DNA of 64,000 bases from a virus: IMG/VR virus record IMGVR_UViG_3300033233_000010, positions 57,784 through 121,783 of that record. One strand, 5' to 3'. Position 1 is the first letter of the stretch, and each line of letters opens with the position of its first letter. The notes under the pieces are model-generated. The model made no database searches. It was not told the origin of the DNA and worked only from the letters and a program-made list of their open reading frames with translations. A program made the translations under genes and the position numbers. Below are positions 9,801 through 19,032 of the stretch, piece after piece.

Positions 9801-12800
9801 TGTCACGGAACGAGGGGTTGGCCTCGAAGTGCTGCATCACACCGGTCACGCCGTTGTGGTCGGTCTCGACCCAGATGTGATCGGTCGCCCCGATGCCGAG
9901 GAGCTTCTGCAAGCGACCCGCTGCGGCTTCTCCGTGCGCGACGAACGGAGCCCCGGCATCCCCCTTGAACATCCAGGCGTGCGTCGCACCGGTCTTGAAC
10001 GTCTTGCCGGTCGGGTGGAAGTTCTTGTCTGTCGCGAGGAACGACTTGTCGTGGGCGCCGCCGCCGCCGAAGGCGCCCTTCTTCTTCCAGCCAGGATGCG
10101 TGAGCGGCGGGGGCGTCGGCCCCGAAGTCGGCTTGTCAGTGCTGATGAACTTGTCGAGCTGCTCCTTGGTCATCCCGATCGGATTCGACTCGGGCGTCTC
10201 GTCGGTGATCTCCGGTTCCGGTGCCGGAGTGGGCTCCGGCGCGATCGTCGGCGGCGGTGCGGTGGGCGTCGCCGGGAGGGCGGCCTTGACCTTCTTGAGC
10301 ATCGACTCGAAGAACTTCTTCTGCTTGGGCGAGGCGAAGTCGCCGCCCCACTTCTTCTGGACGAAGACCTTGTGGGCGATGTCGACGAACGAGGCGTGGT
10401 GCTCAGCGTTGAGCGTCCCGGCTGGAGCCGCCTTGATCATCGCGAGGTAGTCGTCGGGTTGGGCGGCTGGCGGATCGTGCGTCGTCGGCGATGGAGCAAC
10501 TCCCTCGGGCGCATGAGGTTTGGCGGCGGCGTCTTGGACCAGTTTCTTGATGAGGTCTTTGCTGACTCCGGTGACGCCAGCAGCGCCCCAGTCGTTCTTG
10601 AACTCGGCGTGGATCTTCGCCGCGACGCCAGCGAGCTTCCAATCGCTCGGCTCACCGCCCGCCGTCAGGTGCGCGCCTCCGGCCAGAGCTTCGGCAATCT
10701 TGTGGTCGAGGTGCTCCTTCTGCTGAGGTGTGAAGTGATGCGCACTCATGATCTTCTGGTGCTTCGTGTAGGCGAAGTGCGTGGGCGAGGCGGTCGTTGG
10801 AGGCGGAGCCGGCCCCTCGGCGGCTGGGTGCGGAGCTGGCGGCGCAGCGGGAGCCGGTTCGCTCGCAGCCTTTGCCGCGTGGGACGTGTGCCACACGGCC
10901 CAGAGGTCGTGGAGCCAGTGGTTCTGGTTGGTCCCGTAGAGCGTCGAGAACGGCTTGTGTGCTTCGAGCGCCGGCTTGATCACCGACTCGGCGGCTCCGG
11001 GAACGAACGTCCACTCGTCAGGAGTCTCCTTTTTGGCGCGCTCGTCCCAGTAGTTGAAGACCTGTGTCTTGAGCGCGCCGAGTGAAGGCACGGGCTTCTC
11101 GTCTTCCGGCGGCGTGGTCTCCTTCGCGACCTCGTCGGCCAGCCCCTTGAAGCCCTCCGGCGAGAGGTGCGCGATCCCCGAGTTTGCGATCGCAGCCACG
11201 AGATCGCCCTTGGAGGTGAACGCCTTCTTGGCGATCGCCTTGAGCATCTCCTTCTTGTCGGCGGAGAGTGCATCCCACGACTGATTCGTGTGGTTGGCCC
11301 AGGCGTTTCCGGCCACCATGTCAACGGCGGCCTGAGAGAGCGGCTTGCCGTTCTGGGCGAGGTGCTGCGCGAGGGCCGACTTGAACTCGTGCTGGTCCTT
11401 GTTGAGCGTCGCGTACTTGACCGCGAGCTGCTTCGCCGCCTGGTGAATCTCCTCCTTCTCCTGGTTCGAGTAGTCGGCGTAAGGCTTGGGCTTCTCCTTC
11501 GCGTTCTCGATCGACGAGTTGACGATGTCGAGCGTGGTCGAGGCGTCGGGGATCTTGCCGTACTTGTCGGCAGCGATCTTCTGGAGATCGTGGATCAGCT
11601 CGCCCTTGTCGACCGGCTCCTCGGCGTCGGACTTCCCCTTGATGAAGGTATCGGCCATCTTGGCAAGATGGGCGACGTGCTCTGGTTCGAGCTTGCCCAT
11701 CTCCTTCAGGTGCTCTTTGGCGATGTCGTGCGGGATCGCGTGGACCTCGTGCGCCGCGTTCTCGATACCCACATCCTTGAGCAGCTGCTTCGAGTGGGAC
11801 GGGAGCATTCCGTGAGCGGCTTCGCCCGCGTGCTTGAGAAGGTGCTCCTTCACCTTCTCCTTGAGCTTTTCGTGTTGGTCGGCTGAGAGTTGGGTCGACG
11901 GGCCCGGAGGAGGGGGCGGGGGCGGCGTCGGCTTGACCGTCGCAGCTTTGAACTTCTCCAGCGCTCCGGTCATCAGGGCGTGCGCATCGGCGTGCTTGAG
12001 CGGGATGCCGGCCTTGTCCAGTTCGAGCTTGAACTTGTCCAGTAGCTCCGGGCTCGGCTCGGCGGACTTGGCGTGGGTGACTGGCTTCTCAGCGATCACC
12101 TCGTTGGCGATCTTGCCGATCTTGTCCTTCTCCGTCGGTGTGTAGTCGGAGATGGCCCACGGATGGTGTCCGCTTGGGCCGGGCGCATCGGGGTCGACCT
12201 CCGGCTCGGGCGCCTTCGCCGGCTCCGCCGCTGCACCGAGCTTCGACGCCTTCATCGCGGCGTGCAGTTCGTGATCCACGTCGCCTGGGTGGAGCGGCAG
12301 ACCGGCCTTGGCGAGCTGCTTGTCGATCTCGTCCTTGGCCGCCAGGTAGGCTTGTTCCTTGCCGGCGACGCCGAGCCCGGCGTGCCCACCGGCGTCCATG
12401 ACGACCTTGTTCACGATGTCGGCGATCTTGTCCTGCGAGTCGGGGTTGTAGTCGCCGAGGCTTTGGGGCATCTTGGCCGGTTGGGCGACCTTCTCGGGCA
12501 CTTTCGCCGTTTGGGTCTTCTGAGAGGCGGCGTGCGCCACGTCTCCAGCGACTTGGCTCGAAATGTGGAGGCCGAGGGCATCGGCGGCGTATTGCTTGAG
12601 CTTGCCGATCGCTTCGACACCGAAGTGGGTGGTGTGCGCGATCGACGCGGCATAGGCGTCGAGAGCTTCCTTCTCGTGCGTGGTGAGCCCGCCGACGGTC
12701 GCAACCGACTCTGGCTCGTCCTTGGGGCCTTGGGGCTTCTCGGGCTCCTTCTCAGGCTTTGTCTCCGGCTTGGCCGGCGGCTTGGAGACGTGTTTCAACA

Positions 12801-13578
12801 CCTCACTCGCCGCGCCGCCAGCAATGGAGATGCCCTTCTTCGAGAGGGCGTCCATGAAGCCGTGGTGGTCGCTCGGATGAAACGCCGCGGCGGTGTCGAT
12901 AACCGTCTTCTTCTGACCGATGGTGAGTCCTTCCAGACCGGCGGCAGAGATAGCCTTGTGGTAGTAGACGAGCTGCTCAGGTTCCTTGGGCTTCTCGGGC
13001 GCCTTCTCGGGCTCTTGCTCCGGCTCCTCCTCGGGTTCCTCCTCGGGTTCCTTCCCAGGCGCCTTGCCCGCGGCGTGCCCAGGATGCTTCACCTCGGCGT
13101 GCGGGTCGTGCGGAACCTCGAAGTGGTGCTCGGTCCCGGCGTGAACGAGGTGGCCCTTCTCGTGGTGGAACTCGATGTCGGCAAGTGGCGGGTGAGCCTC
13201 GTTCGAGCCCGAGTGGACGATCTGGTGATGCTTCTCGGCGTGTCCGGCGTGAACGTCGCCAAAGGCGGTGAGCTTGTCGGTGTCGGGGTGCTTCTTGCCG
13301 TACTTCTTGGAGAACTCCGACAGCATCTTCCAGCGCGTAGTGGTGAAGTTGAGCCACGCGGTCGCAGTCTGGACGCGAAGTTTCTGACACTCGTGCGCGT
13401 ACGTGCCCGGCGTCAGCTGGCTGAGCTTCGCGATGGCGGCGTTGAGGTTCTTGCGACGCGTCGTGATCGCGGCGAGAGCGCGCTTCAGCTCGATCGGGTT
13501 CGCCTGTTTCGGCGGAACGTTGGCCGGCGGACCTTTCGCCGGAGGGCAGTTGATCTCCATCAAGAGACGGTTCAACAC
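6889..13578 (-). CDS. Giant multidomain protein with HipA/PI3-PI4K-like kinase domain, probably an internal virion protein
   Basis: 2229 aa with an AGGAG SD. Kinase motifs WMFK, GEAAAGRL, DDHNGN and VDHG. Pro-rich linkers, helical repeats and a distinct C-terminal domain. Confidence 0.7.
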   Translation of the reverse strand: MLNRLLMEINCPPAKGPPANVPPKQANPIELKRALAAITTRRKNLNAAIAKLSQLTPGTYAHECQKLRVQTATAWLNFTTTRWKMLSEFSKKYGKKHPDTDKLTAFGDVHAGHAEKHHQIVHSGSNEAHPPLADIEFHHEKGHLVHAGTEHHFEVPHDPHAEVKHPGHAAGKAPGKEPEEEPEEEPEQEPEKAPEKPKEPEQLVYYHKAISAAGLEGLTIGQKKTVIDTAAAFHPSDHHGFMDALSKKGISIAGGAASEVLKHVSKPPAKPETKPEKEPEKPQGPKDEPESVATVGGLTTHEKEALDAYAASIAHTTHFGVEAIGKLKQYAADALGLHISSQVAGDVAHAASQKTQTAKVPEKVAQPAKMPQSLGDYNPDSQDKIADIVNKVVMDAGGHAGLGVAGKEQAYLAAKDEIDKQLAKAGLPLHPGDVDHELHAAMKASKLGAAAEPAKAPEPEVDPDAPGPSGHHPWAISDYTPTEKDKIGKIANEVIAEKPVTHAKSAEPSPELLDKFKLELDKAGIPLKHADAHALMTGALEKFKAATVKPTPPPPPPPGPSTQLSADQHEKLKEKVKEHLLKHAGEAAHGMLPSHSKQLLKDVGIENAAHEVHAIPHDIAKEHLKEMGKLEPEHVAHLAKMADTFIKGKSDAEEPVDKGELIHDLQKIAADKYGKIPDASTTLDIVNSSIENAKEKPKPYADYSNQEKEEIHQAAKQLAVKYATLNKDQHEFKSALAQHLAQNGKPLSQAAVDMVAGNAWANHTNQSWDALSADKKEMLKAIAKKAFTSKGDLVAAIANSGIAHLSPEGFKGLADEVAKETTPPEDEKPVPSLGALKTQVFNYWDERAKKETPDEWTFVPGAAESVIKPALEAHKPFSTLYGTNQNHWLHDLWAVWHTSHAAKAASEPAPAAPPAPHPAAEGPAPPPTTASPTHFAYTKHQKIMSAHHFTPQQKEHLDHKIAEALAGGAHLTAGGEPSDWKLAGVAAKIHAEFKNDWGAAGVTGVSKDLIKKLVQDAAAKPHAPEGVAPSPTTHDPPAAQPDDYLAMIKAAPAGTLNAEHHASFVDIAHKVFVQKKWGGDFASPKQKKFFESMLKKVKAALPATPTAPPPTIAPEPTPAPEPEITDETPESNPIGMTKEQLDKFISTDKPTSGPTPPPLTHPGWKKKGAFGGGGAHDKSFLATDKNFHPTGKTFKTGATHAWMFKGDAGAPFVAHGEAAAGRLQKLLGIGATDHIWVETDHNGVTGVMQHFEANPSFRDNGEHEPWKTHVHKDKIAKQLQKAVIANWLNDDYDDHNGNFVADDKGNVTPVDHGQAARFFDSSMTLTKKLKWEAPSPTVKGFQSVSQDQGKGFPGRMLRDWSDGEDIALMPLTSPEFESVIARAESIPSDTYKKMWKPYAEGSVQKFGAVAGYSAVKSDQTVDGFLDGMDARRKKIRSEVGDFYAQLAKQRAASLKAKGDARPISAIESEVRDQMGIDEFLQGKPVVAKVDKKALAAATEPGPPHNWLDPKLPTMSQIPDDHVRVKQGHAGVDLMVGGQDVKDGRLQMFHLGNNTMATFILDTGARTKLESRLPGAAGGASAIAAPEPPDIQPFEPPPKPTFSAKGGDFHKKIIGAAGDTSSATKTLPDGTVVPVTKIEKYVYKHFKEGAGGVKYHYLKQGIDAASAAAQSADPVEKAAGEHYLSEFNRLGHLAPDGSYALKAASEIPTDEQEIKRFEPAKAHLAAQKKAKANVEAAHAQAVETAKAAWEEKKTKAEADYQKSLKKYEDDTKAADADAVKAGKLAATKLSYYPVPEAKLKSNPAGDNLVSKEATWDGTFGKPFDKDENEMDTYQLDLTDAVTGVAVAGGKLAPTKRLLVHYVPGHMGHGSKRKYPARGGTVRVQFPEGATKEQIADYTKKVAHILGTDIRPADEKDHELTYLRRMAWLRRIEGYGVGSVKLADEPSGSAEKKIEWWVDKFKQTPTAAGRGPLGYDPRYEPERTANGKLKTAAGQAVYKKNADGSNKRNANYQPLAHDSGEGRAAFNRFDVTGEEMKKWMDDGLTLSKASLTYGKEKESLLSMINMGGIYATEKRAHIGLGVYGKALGGISPGADVQSGGANDIFLFISKVKHDSGWAQFDPRLLLETSAWHHKGDNYGTKVDYSHGQVSNRTGSVQENRMVCVAEAVAAASASGPSKEVMVGDRISFWKWLAQLNLSKYDIDPKPVIEKLKAAGITHAGPDKRPLEEVIK

Positions 13579-13587
13579 GAGAGGCTC

Positions 13588-13893
13588 CTAGTCGTCATCG
13601 AGAGAACGCCGGAGATCGAGCGGAAGCTGCGTCTTGAGGGGTCGTCTTGTCGGAGTCGAAGGTTCGCGCCTCGCCTTCGCCTCGCCCATCGGCTTCGCCT
13701 TCACGATCCGAGCAAAGACCGACCGATGGCACTCGAACGTCTCGAACTGCCGCCCACAAGTCAAGCACTCTCGGATGCGCATCTTGAGGTCGCCGAAGTC
13801 AAAGCCAGGCGGGCCACCCATCTGCTCCATCTGGATCAGAGTCTTCTTGACGCGCGACTCGACGGTTCCACAGCTGGGATTAGGACACTTCAT
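13588..13893 (-). CDS. NrdR-like N-terminal zinc-ribbon protein (no ATP-cone)
   Basis: MKCPNPSCG...RIRECLTCGRQFETFE parallels the NrdR pattern MKCP.C...RRRECxxCGxRFTTxE. Confidence 0.7.
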   Translation of the reverse strand: MKCPNPSCGTVESRVKKTLIQMEQMGGPPGFDFGDLKMRIRECLTCGRQFETFECHRSVFARIVKAKPMGEAKARREPSTPTRRPLKTQLPLDLRRSLDDD

Positions 13894-14228
13894 CGGCTGC
13901 GCAGCCTTCCCACTCCGAAGCGCTTCTCCGGTGCGGTACGATGCACTGGACGCGGGCCGGTCTGGGGGCGATGGTCCTTCAACGACTGGGCGACACGCCC
14001 GTGGTAGAGATGGCGCTGACGCCGGTTGTACTTGGCGCGCTCGAAGCGTCGCCCGGAGAAGCGGTCGACGATCTTGCGGAGTCGGTTCGTGATCGCATCC
14101 GCCTTGTGCGGCTCGACCACGCTCTCGGCCACATCATCGCCCACGCCATCGGTAACGATGACCCCGCCGGAGGGCGATGCCTCGATGGTGAGGAGCGGGC
14201 GTCTGGCGAGTTTCAGCGGATAATGCAC
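13890..14228 (-). CDS. Basic hypothetical protein
   Basis: Fills the gap between terminase and the NrdR-like gene; the GTG start is uncertain. Confidence 0.45.
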   Translation of the reverse strand: MHYPLKLARRPLLTIEASPSGGVIVTDGVGDDVAESVVEPHKADAITNRLRKIVDRFSGRRFERAKYNRRQRHLYHGRVAQSLKDHRPQTGPRPVHRTAPEKRFGVGRLRSR

Positions 14229-16231
14229 GCCGGGTAGTCCTCTCCGTCGTTTGTGGGCTTCTTCGGAGCCGCGGGAAGCTCGTCGAAGCCGTCGTCCTCG
14301 TCGTGCCACTCAACGTGTCCGCCGCTGGACCACTGCGCGGTGCCAGTCACCTTCCGATCGGCGACCGACGTTCCGAGCTGCGGCCCAAGGGGGCCGCCTC
14401 CTCGCATGTGCTCGGTGATGTAGTAGACCACGCCGGCAAGCCCATCAGCGAGATCCTTGCTTCCCTTGGGACCGTGCCGCACCTTGTTCGCGCCGGTGTC
14501 GAACTCTAGTTCGCGCAGCTCCTTGTCGAGCCCTTCGTGCCACGGGCAGACGATGCGCTGTTCGTAGATCGCTTGCCGAAGCATGAGGTAGGGCCGAAGC
14601 CGCGCCACGCGCTCCCCAACCTCCTCGACCCTGAGCCCTCGGCGCTTGAACATCTGGAGGTTCGGCGGTCCGCAGAACTGGTCCATCGACATCGACCGGA
14701 TCGGGTAGCCTTCCGAGATCATGCGAAGGACGACACCGCGAACCTCGCCCTGGTCGATGTCGCCGCCGTCTGGCGAGCAGATACGGAGCACGCCGTCGAC
14801 GTGGATGACCGGTGCCTCCTCGGGGATCTTCTCGCCAGTCTCGGGGTCCGTGCGATGGACCGGAACTGAGCCGGCCTGGTGTGCAACGACGAGACCGGTA
14901 GCGTAGCCGTTCACGCTCATGTCGATGTGCCCGTGGCGGATCGCGCCCGCGCAACAGACGGGAACCGAATCGCCGCGGGCGTTCTTCGTCATCACGTCGT
15001 TCCACCGGATGCTGAGAATCTGACCGGTAATCCACTCCGGGGCTTTGAACGGGTTGGGCTTCTGCTTGTCGAAGATCAGGTCGATCGCCGAGCGACGCGT
15101 GATGAAGAGGCGCCCAACGAAATCGGTCGCGATACCGGCGATGTCGCGCGTGGCGCCGTCGGGGTCATTACGAAACTCGTCGATGTAGTCCTGGGGGAAC
15201 TCGAAGACGAGTGAGCCGGGCGGAGCGACAGCGGTCGGGTCTTCGAGAACCTTGCAGCGCCCCTCCTTCGGGGAAACCGCGCACCGGTACCACTGCTGCT
15301 CCTTGAAGGGCTCGGGGTGGACGTTCCAGATGGCGTAGTCGCGGACGAAGACGCCCTTGTTGTTCTCTTTGATCGCCGTCTTGATCCGGTGCTCGGTGAA
15401 GTCGGCTGTAGCTCGCTTCGACGAGACGAGCATGACCATGCCCTTGACGCCGTGCCGCTTGTAGCGCGCCTTCACGCGGCGGGCGAGGGCGTTGTAGATC
15501 ATTGTCGCCTTATCCTCGGCCTTGGACGAGGCCGAGCCGGTCGTAACCTTCCCTTCGCCGAGGAAGTTCGTCTCGTCCACGATCGCAAAGATCACGTTAA
15601 GTCCAAGCGCTGCTGCGTCTTGCGAAGCTCCACCGACGATGTAGATACCCTTCTTCTTGAAGCGCACCTCCTCCATCGTCTCCTCGTACTTGCCCTTGAA
15701 CCACGGGGCGAGTGCGAGCTTCTTGCAGATACCACCGAAGACGACTCGCCGGGCCGAGGCGACGGTACGCGAAATCGGAACGATGTGGATGGGCTCGCCC
15801 GCGGCGAGACCGAGCGTGTGCTGCGGGTTCCGCAGGCAGCTCAGCTCGTAGATCATCCGCATGCACGCGGTCGTGGCGAAGAAGTCCTTACCCCAACCTA
15901 TTGCACCAGTTAGGATCGCTTCGTGGTAGTCGCCCTCGAACAGCTCCGTGAGGTCTTCGCGGAGCTGCGGGTACATATCGGTGCCCGTCTCGCCGATCAG
16001 ATCCTCATTGAGAATCCAGTCGCGAACGGGCATCGGCTGTTCTTCCCAGTCGACTGAGGCGACATCTTCGACGAGCATCGACTTGCCCGTCGTCTGCCAC
16101 TCGACGATCGCCTTCTGGAGAAGAAGCCTTTCGGCTGGCGAGAGGGCAGCAACGCGTTCGTCGGTCGACTCACGCCGCTCCTGCGCCGACCGGACGCTGC
16201 GCCAGCGACCGCCGTCTTGGATGATCGGCAT
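14213..16231 (-). CDS. terL: Terminase large subunit
   Basis: Walker A GAIGWGKD, Walker B IFAIVDE, RNase H-like nuclease motifs GHIDMS and GSKDLADG. Confidence 0.9.
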   Translation of the reverse strand: MPIIQDGGRWRSVRSAQERRESTDERVAALSPAERLLLQKAIVEWQTTGKSMLVEDVASVDWEEQPMPVRDWILNEDLIGETGTDMYPQLREDLTELFEGDYHEAILTGAIGWGKDFFATTACMRMIYELSCLRNPQHTLGLAAGEPIHIVPISRTVASARRVVFGGICKKLALAPWFKGKYEETMEEVRFKKKGIYIVGGASQDAAALGLNVIFAIVDETNFLGEGKVTTGSASSKAEDKATMIYNALARRVKARYKRHGVKGMVMLVSSKRATADFTEHRIKTAIKENNKGVFVRDYAIWNVHPEPFKEQQWYRCAVSPKEGRCKVLEDPTAVAPPGSLVFEFPQDYIDEFRNDPDGATRDIAGIATDFVGRLFITRRSAIDLIFDKQKPNPFKAPEWITGQILSIRWNDVMTKNARGDSVPVCCAGAIRHGHIDMSVNGYATGLVVAHQAGSVPVHRTDPETGEKIPEEAPVIHVDGVLRICSPDGGDIDQGEVRGVVLRMISEGYPIRSMSMDQFCGPPNLQMFKRRGLRVEEVGERVARLRPYLMLRQAIYEQRIVCPWHEGLDKELRELEFDTGANKVRHGPKGSKDLADGLAGVVYYITEHMRGGGPLGPQLGTSVADRKVTGTAQWSSGGHVEWHDEDDGFDELPAAPKKPTNDGEDYPACIIR

Positions 16232-16234
16232 TGG

Positions 16235-16939
16235 TTACTCCGCGACGATGTCGGCGCTGTCGTCGAGGTCGGCGAGTTGCAGCGCCTCGTCACTCGTCGG
16301 CGCGGGGGCGTCGACGTGACTCGGGTTCATCGGGAGTCCGAGCGTCTCCTTGTCGGCAAGCCCTTCGGTCTTGATCATCGAGAGAAACGCATCGGTGACT
16401 CGGCGGCGCGACTTCGGGTCCTCGAAGACGGCGGCCTCGGGGCCGTAGCGCGCGGCGAAGTTGATCGTGACCTTGGGCGCGCTCTCCTTCTCGTGACCGA
16501 CCTTCGGAAGATAGCCGGCGTCGGCGAGCACCTTGTGGCGGTAGACGAGCATGTTGCCCGACACCTGGAGGAAGCGCGCCTTGAAGGCTCCGTTGGAGCA
16601 GGCGACGTGTTCGACGTAGGCATCTTCGGCCAGCTTCATCAGCCGCTTGGCCGTCATGCCCACATCCATCGCGGCTTGCTTCGGGTCTCGCTTGAGATCC
16701 TCGGTGTCCTGCCCGAGCCGCTTCTCCCACCAGTCGAGATCGCGCTGGATCGTCTTGGTGGAGACCTTGAAGCGGTTGGCGATGTCGTCGACCGACTGGC
16801 CGCAGCAGAGCATCTCCCAGACACCGTTGCGCCGCTGTTCGATGGCTCGACGGTACCAACGCGGCTTGCCGCCGCTCGTCGGTGTGATCGAGGTCGGCGT
16901 GATGGGAGTTGTGGAAGCGTTCGCGGTCGGATTGGACAC
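16235..16939 (-). CDS. Probable terminase small subunit (N-terminal HTH)
   Basis: HTH motif SVDDIANRFKVSTKTIQRDL; lies directly upstream of terL. Confidence 0.6.
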   Translation of the reverse strand: MSNPTANASTTPITPTSITPTSGGKPRWYRRAIEQRRNGVWEMLCCGQSVDDIANRFKVSTKTIQRDLDWWEKRLGQDTEDLKRDPKQAAMDVGMTAKRLMKLAEDAYVEHVACSNGAFKARFLQVSGNMLVYRHKVLADAGYLPKVGHEKESAPKVTINFAARYGPEAAVFEDPKSRRRVTDAFLSMIKTEGLADKETLGLPMNPSHVDAPAPTSDEALQLADLDDSADIVAE

Positions 16940-17002
16940 GGCTGAACCCTTATCCGGCGCTCAGGCGCCGTCCCTCAGCCTAACACCGACCCGTAAGTCT
17001 TG

Positions 17003-17986
17003 TCAGCTCCTAGCTCCCATCGCCAGTGTTCCACGACGCGACCCGGCTCGGTGGATCAGGTCTTCGGCCAGCAGAAACGCCTTGTCGAAGACCCCGGACT
17101 GGATCGCTTCGTCGCAGGCCGACTTGAACTGCCCGAGGGTCGTGTGGAACGCGGAAGATGCCGTCTCGCGTGAGTGGCCGGTCGGGATCAGCGCGTTCAG
17201 GGCCTTGTCGCCGCAGAACTGCTTGAGGAACCGATCGCGGATGCGCTTGGCGTGGACTTGCCTCGACTTGTCCTGCATCTCCGGCCAGACCTCCGCCGCA
17301 AGTTTGGCCGCGCGTCCGGCGCCCGCGCCGGTGCCAGTGATGTCACGAAGATCCTCTCCGCTGCCGATGAGCCTCTGGAGGAAATCGCGCTCCTTGTCGC
17401 CGAGCTTGGCACTCGTCATCGCCTGGTCGAGCGCCATGTGGACGATCTTCTTCTCGTCGTCGTTGAGCCCGGTCGTCTTGCCGGTCGGTTCGCCGAACCG
17501 CTGACCAGCGCTGGCCGCCGTGGGATCGACCTCGCCGGCTTCCGGGTCGGCTCCGATCGACTTCGCCTTCAGCTTGTAGCGCTTCTGCTTGACCTCGCCC
17601 GTCTCGGGGTCAACGACGGTACCTTTGGCCGATGGCCCGGCCTTGGCTGCACGAGACTTGTTGCTCACGGCATTCCGCACGGCTCGCATGAGGTAGCCGG
17701 TCAAGCCCTGCGGCGTCGTGACGTTGGCGTGCCCCATCTCGCCCGACATGATCTTGACGAGCACGTCGTGGACGGCTTCCTCCGCGTCTTCGGGCGACTT
17801 CGTACGCGAGTTGGCGACGCGCAGGAGCGACGGCATGTAGTGGGTGTAGAGCTTGGCGAACGCGTTGCGGTCACCGGCGAGCGCGGACTGGAAGGCGGCA
17901 TGAAGCTCGGGATTGTCTTCGAGGAGCTTCTGGCTCGGTCCCCGCAGAAGATCGAGCGCCGCCCAGACAGCTTCGACGATGAGCAC
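17003..17986 (-). CDS. ECF-type sigma-70 family factor-like protein
   Basis: Region-2 motifs GDRNAFAKLYTHY, EDAEEAVHDVLVKI and YLMRAVRNAVSN; start reassigned to GTG at 17986. Confidence 0.7.
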   Translation of the reverse strand: MLIVEAVWAALDLLRGPSQKLLEDNPELHAAFQSALAGDRNAFAKLYTHYMPSLLRVANSRTKSPEDAEEAVHDVLVKIMSGEMGHANVTTPQGLTGYLMRAVRNAVSNKSRAAKAGPSAKGTVVDPETGEVKQKRYKLKAKSIGADPEAGEVDPTAASAGQRFGEPTGKTTGLNDDEKKIVHMALDQAMTSAKLGDKERDFLQRLIGSGEDLRDITGTGAGAGRAAKLAAEVWPEMQDKSRQVHAKRIRDRFLKQFCGDKALNALIPTGHSRETASSAFHTTLGQFKSACDEAIQSGVFDKAFLLAEDLIHRAGSRRGTLAMGARS

Positions 17987-17988
17987 GA

Positions 17989-18981
17989 CTACTTCGCCTC
18001 CCACTTGGGGAGTTCGGCGGCGAGGGCGGAACACAGGATCTCGTCGATCTTCATCGACTCGCCCTTGCACGCCGCGACGGCGCGCTTGATGAAGGACGCC
18101 AGCTCGGGCGACTCGTTGACGACGAGGTGGAGCTTCTCGTTTTGGTTGAAGAACAGGTACCCGTGCTCGACGGTGTCCGCCGACTGGAGGAGCACTTCCT
18201 CCTCAGCCGTCTTGAGCGCAGTGAGGAGGTTCTTGCGGTCCCTCACCTCCTTCTTTTTGTCCTTCTCGCCGTCGGTCGCCGGCCCGTCGTAGTCGCCGTT
18301 GCCGCCGCCCTCGCCATCGGCACCAGCACCGTCGCTCCTCCCGGCGACGCCCTCGTTGTCCTTCACCGCCTCGTTCTTGCGGAGGGACTTGAGGAGGTCG
18401 CCCTTGATGAGCATCTTGTTGCGCGCCGCTTCGAGCTGGATGTTGTGCTTCTCGGTGAGCGAGCGCTCCAGGTCGGCGTACTTCTGCGCGTTCACCCGAC
18501 CTCGGATGTGGTTGCGCTTCACCGACCACATCTTGAGCGTGGCCTCGTCAGCACCGATGAGGTGTTTCTTGACAACGCACGGCACTTCCTTCCACGCGAG
18601 CGAGTGGCAGGCGCGAACGCGGTGCTCGCCGCCGAGGACGAGGAAGCTGCCGGGGTCGTCGAGCGACGGAACGATGTCGCAGGGCTCATCGAAGCCGCCG
18701 TCTTCGATCTCCGCGACCAGCTCGGAGAACTCGGCATCGGTCATCTCGTTCACGTTCCAGCTCGTGAAGAGGAGCTTCTCGATCGGAACGAGGATGGCAC
18801 CTTCCCACTTTTTGAAGTCGGCGCCGGGAGCCGCCGTGGCGGCGGCTTCGGGGGTAGGCGGCACGGTCTCGGCGCTTTCGGAGACCGAGGCGGGCGCCAG
18901 CTCGGTCGCCGTCGCGGTCTGTGCCAACTCAGCGCCGTCGACGTGATCGACCGACTCCGTCTTCGCCTTCTTCTTCGCCAT
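17989..18981 (-). CDS. ParB/Sulfiredoxin N-terminal domain protein
   Basis: NVNEMTDAEFSELVAEIEDGGFDEP...VLGGEHRVRA; start at ATG 18981 with a GGAGG SD. Confidence 0.8.
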   Translation of the reverse strand: MAKKKAKTESVDHVDGAELAQTATATELAPASVSESAETVPPTPEAAATAAPGADFKKWEGAILVPIEKLLFTSWNVNEMTDAEFSELVAEIEDGGFDEPCDIVPSLDDPGSFLVLGGEHRVRACHSLAWKEVPCVVKKHLIGADEATLKMWSVKRNHIRGRVNAQKYADLERSLTEKHNIQLEAARNKMLIKGDLLKSLRKNEAVKDNEGVAGRSDGAGADGEGGGNGDYDGPATDGEKDKKKEVRDRKNLLTALKTAEEEVLLQSADTVEHGYLFFNQNEKLHLVVNESPELASFIKRAVAACKGESMKIDEILCSALAAELPKWEAK

Positions 18982-19032
18982 CTGGGCCTCCGGTAAGCCG
19001 GAGACCAAGTTACCACAGGCGGATAACCCGGC

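Noticed and set aside
1113-14007. Long + strand ORFs (for example 1113..3140, 2954..5320, 7534..9417, 12073..14007) and similar ones across the window
   Set aside because: They are antisense shadows of GC-rich minus-strand genes, with Arg/Gly/Leu-rich sequence and no motifs.
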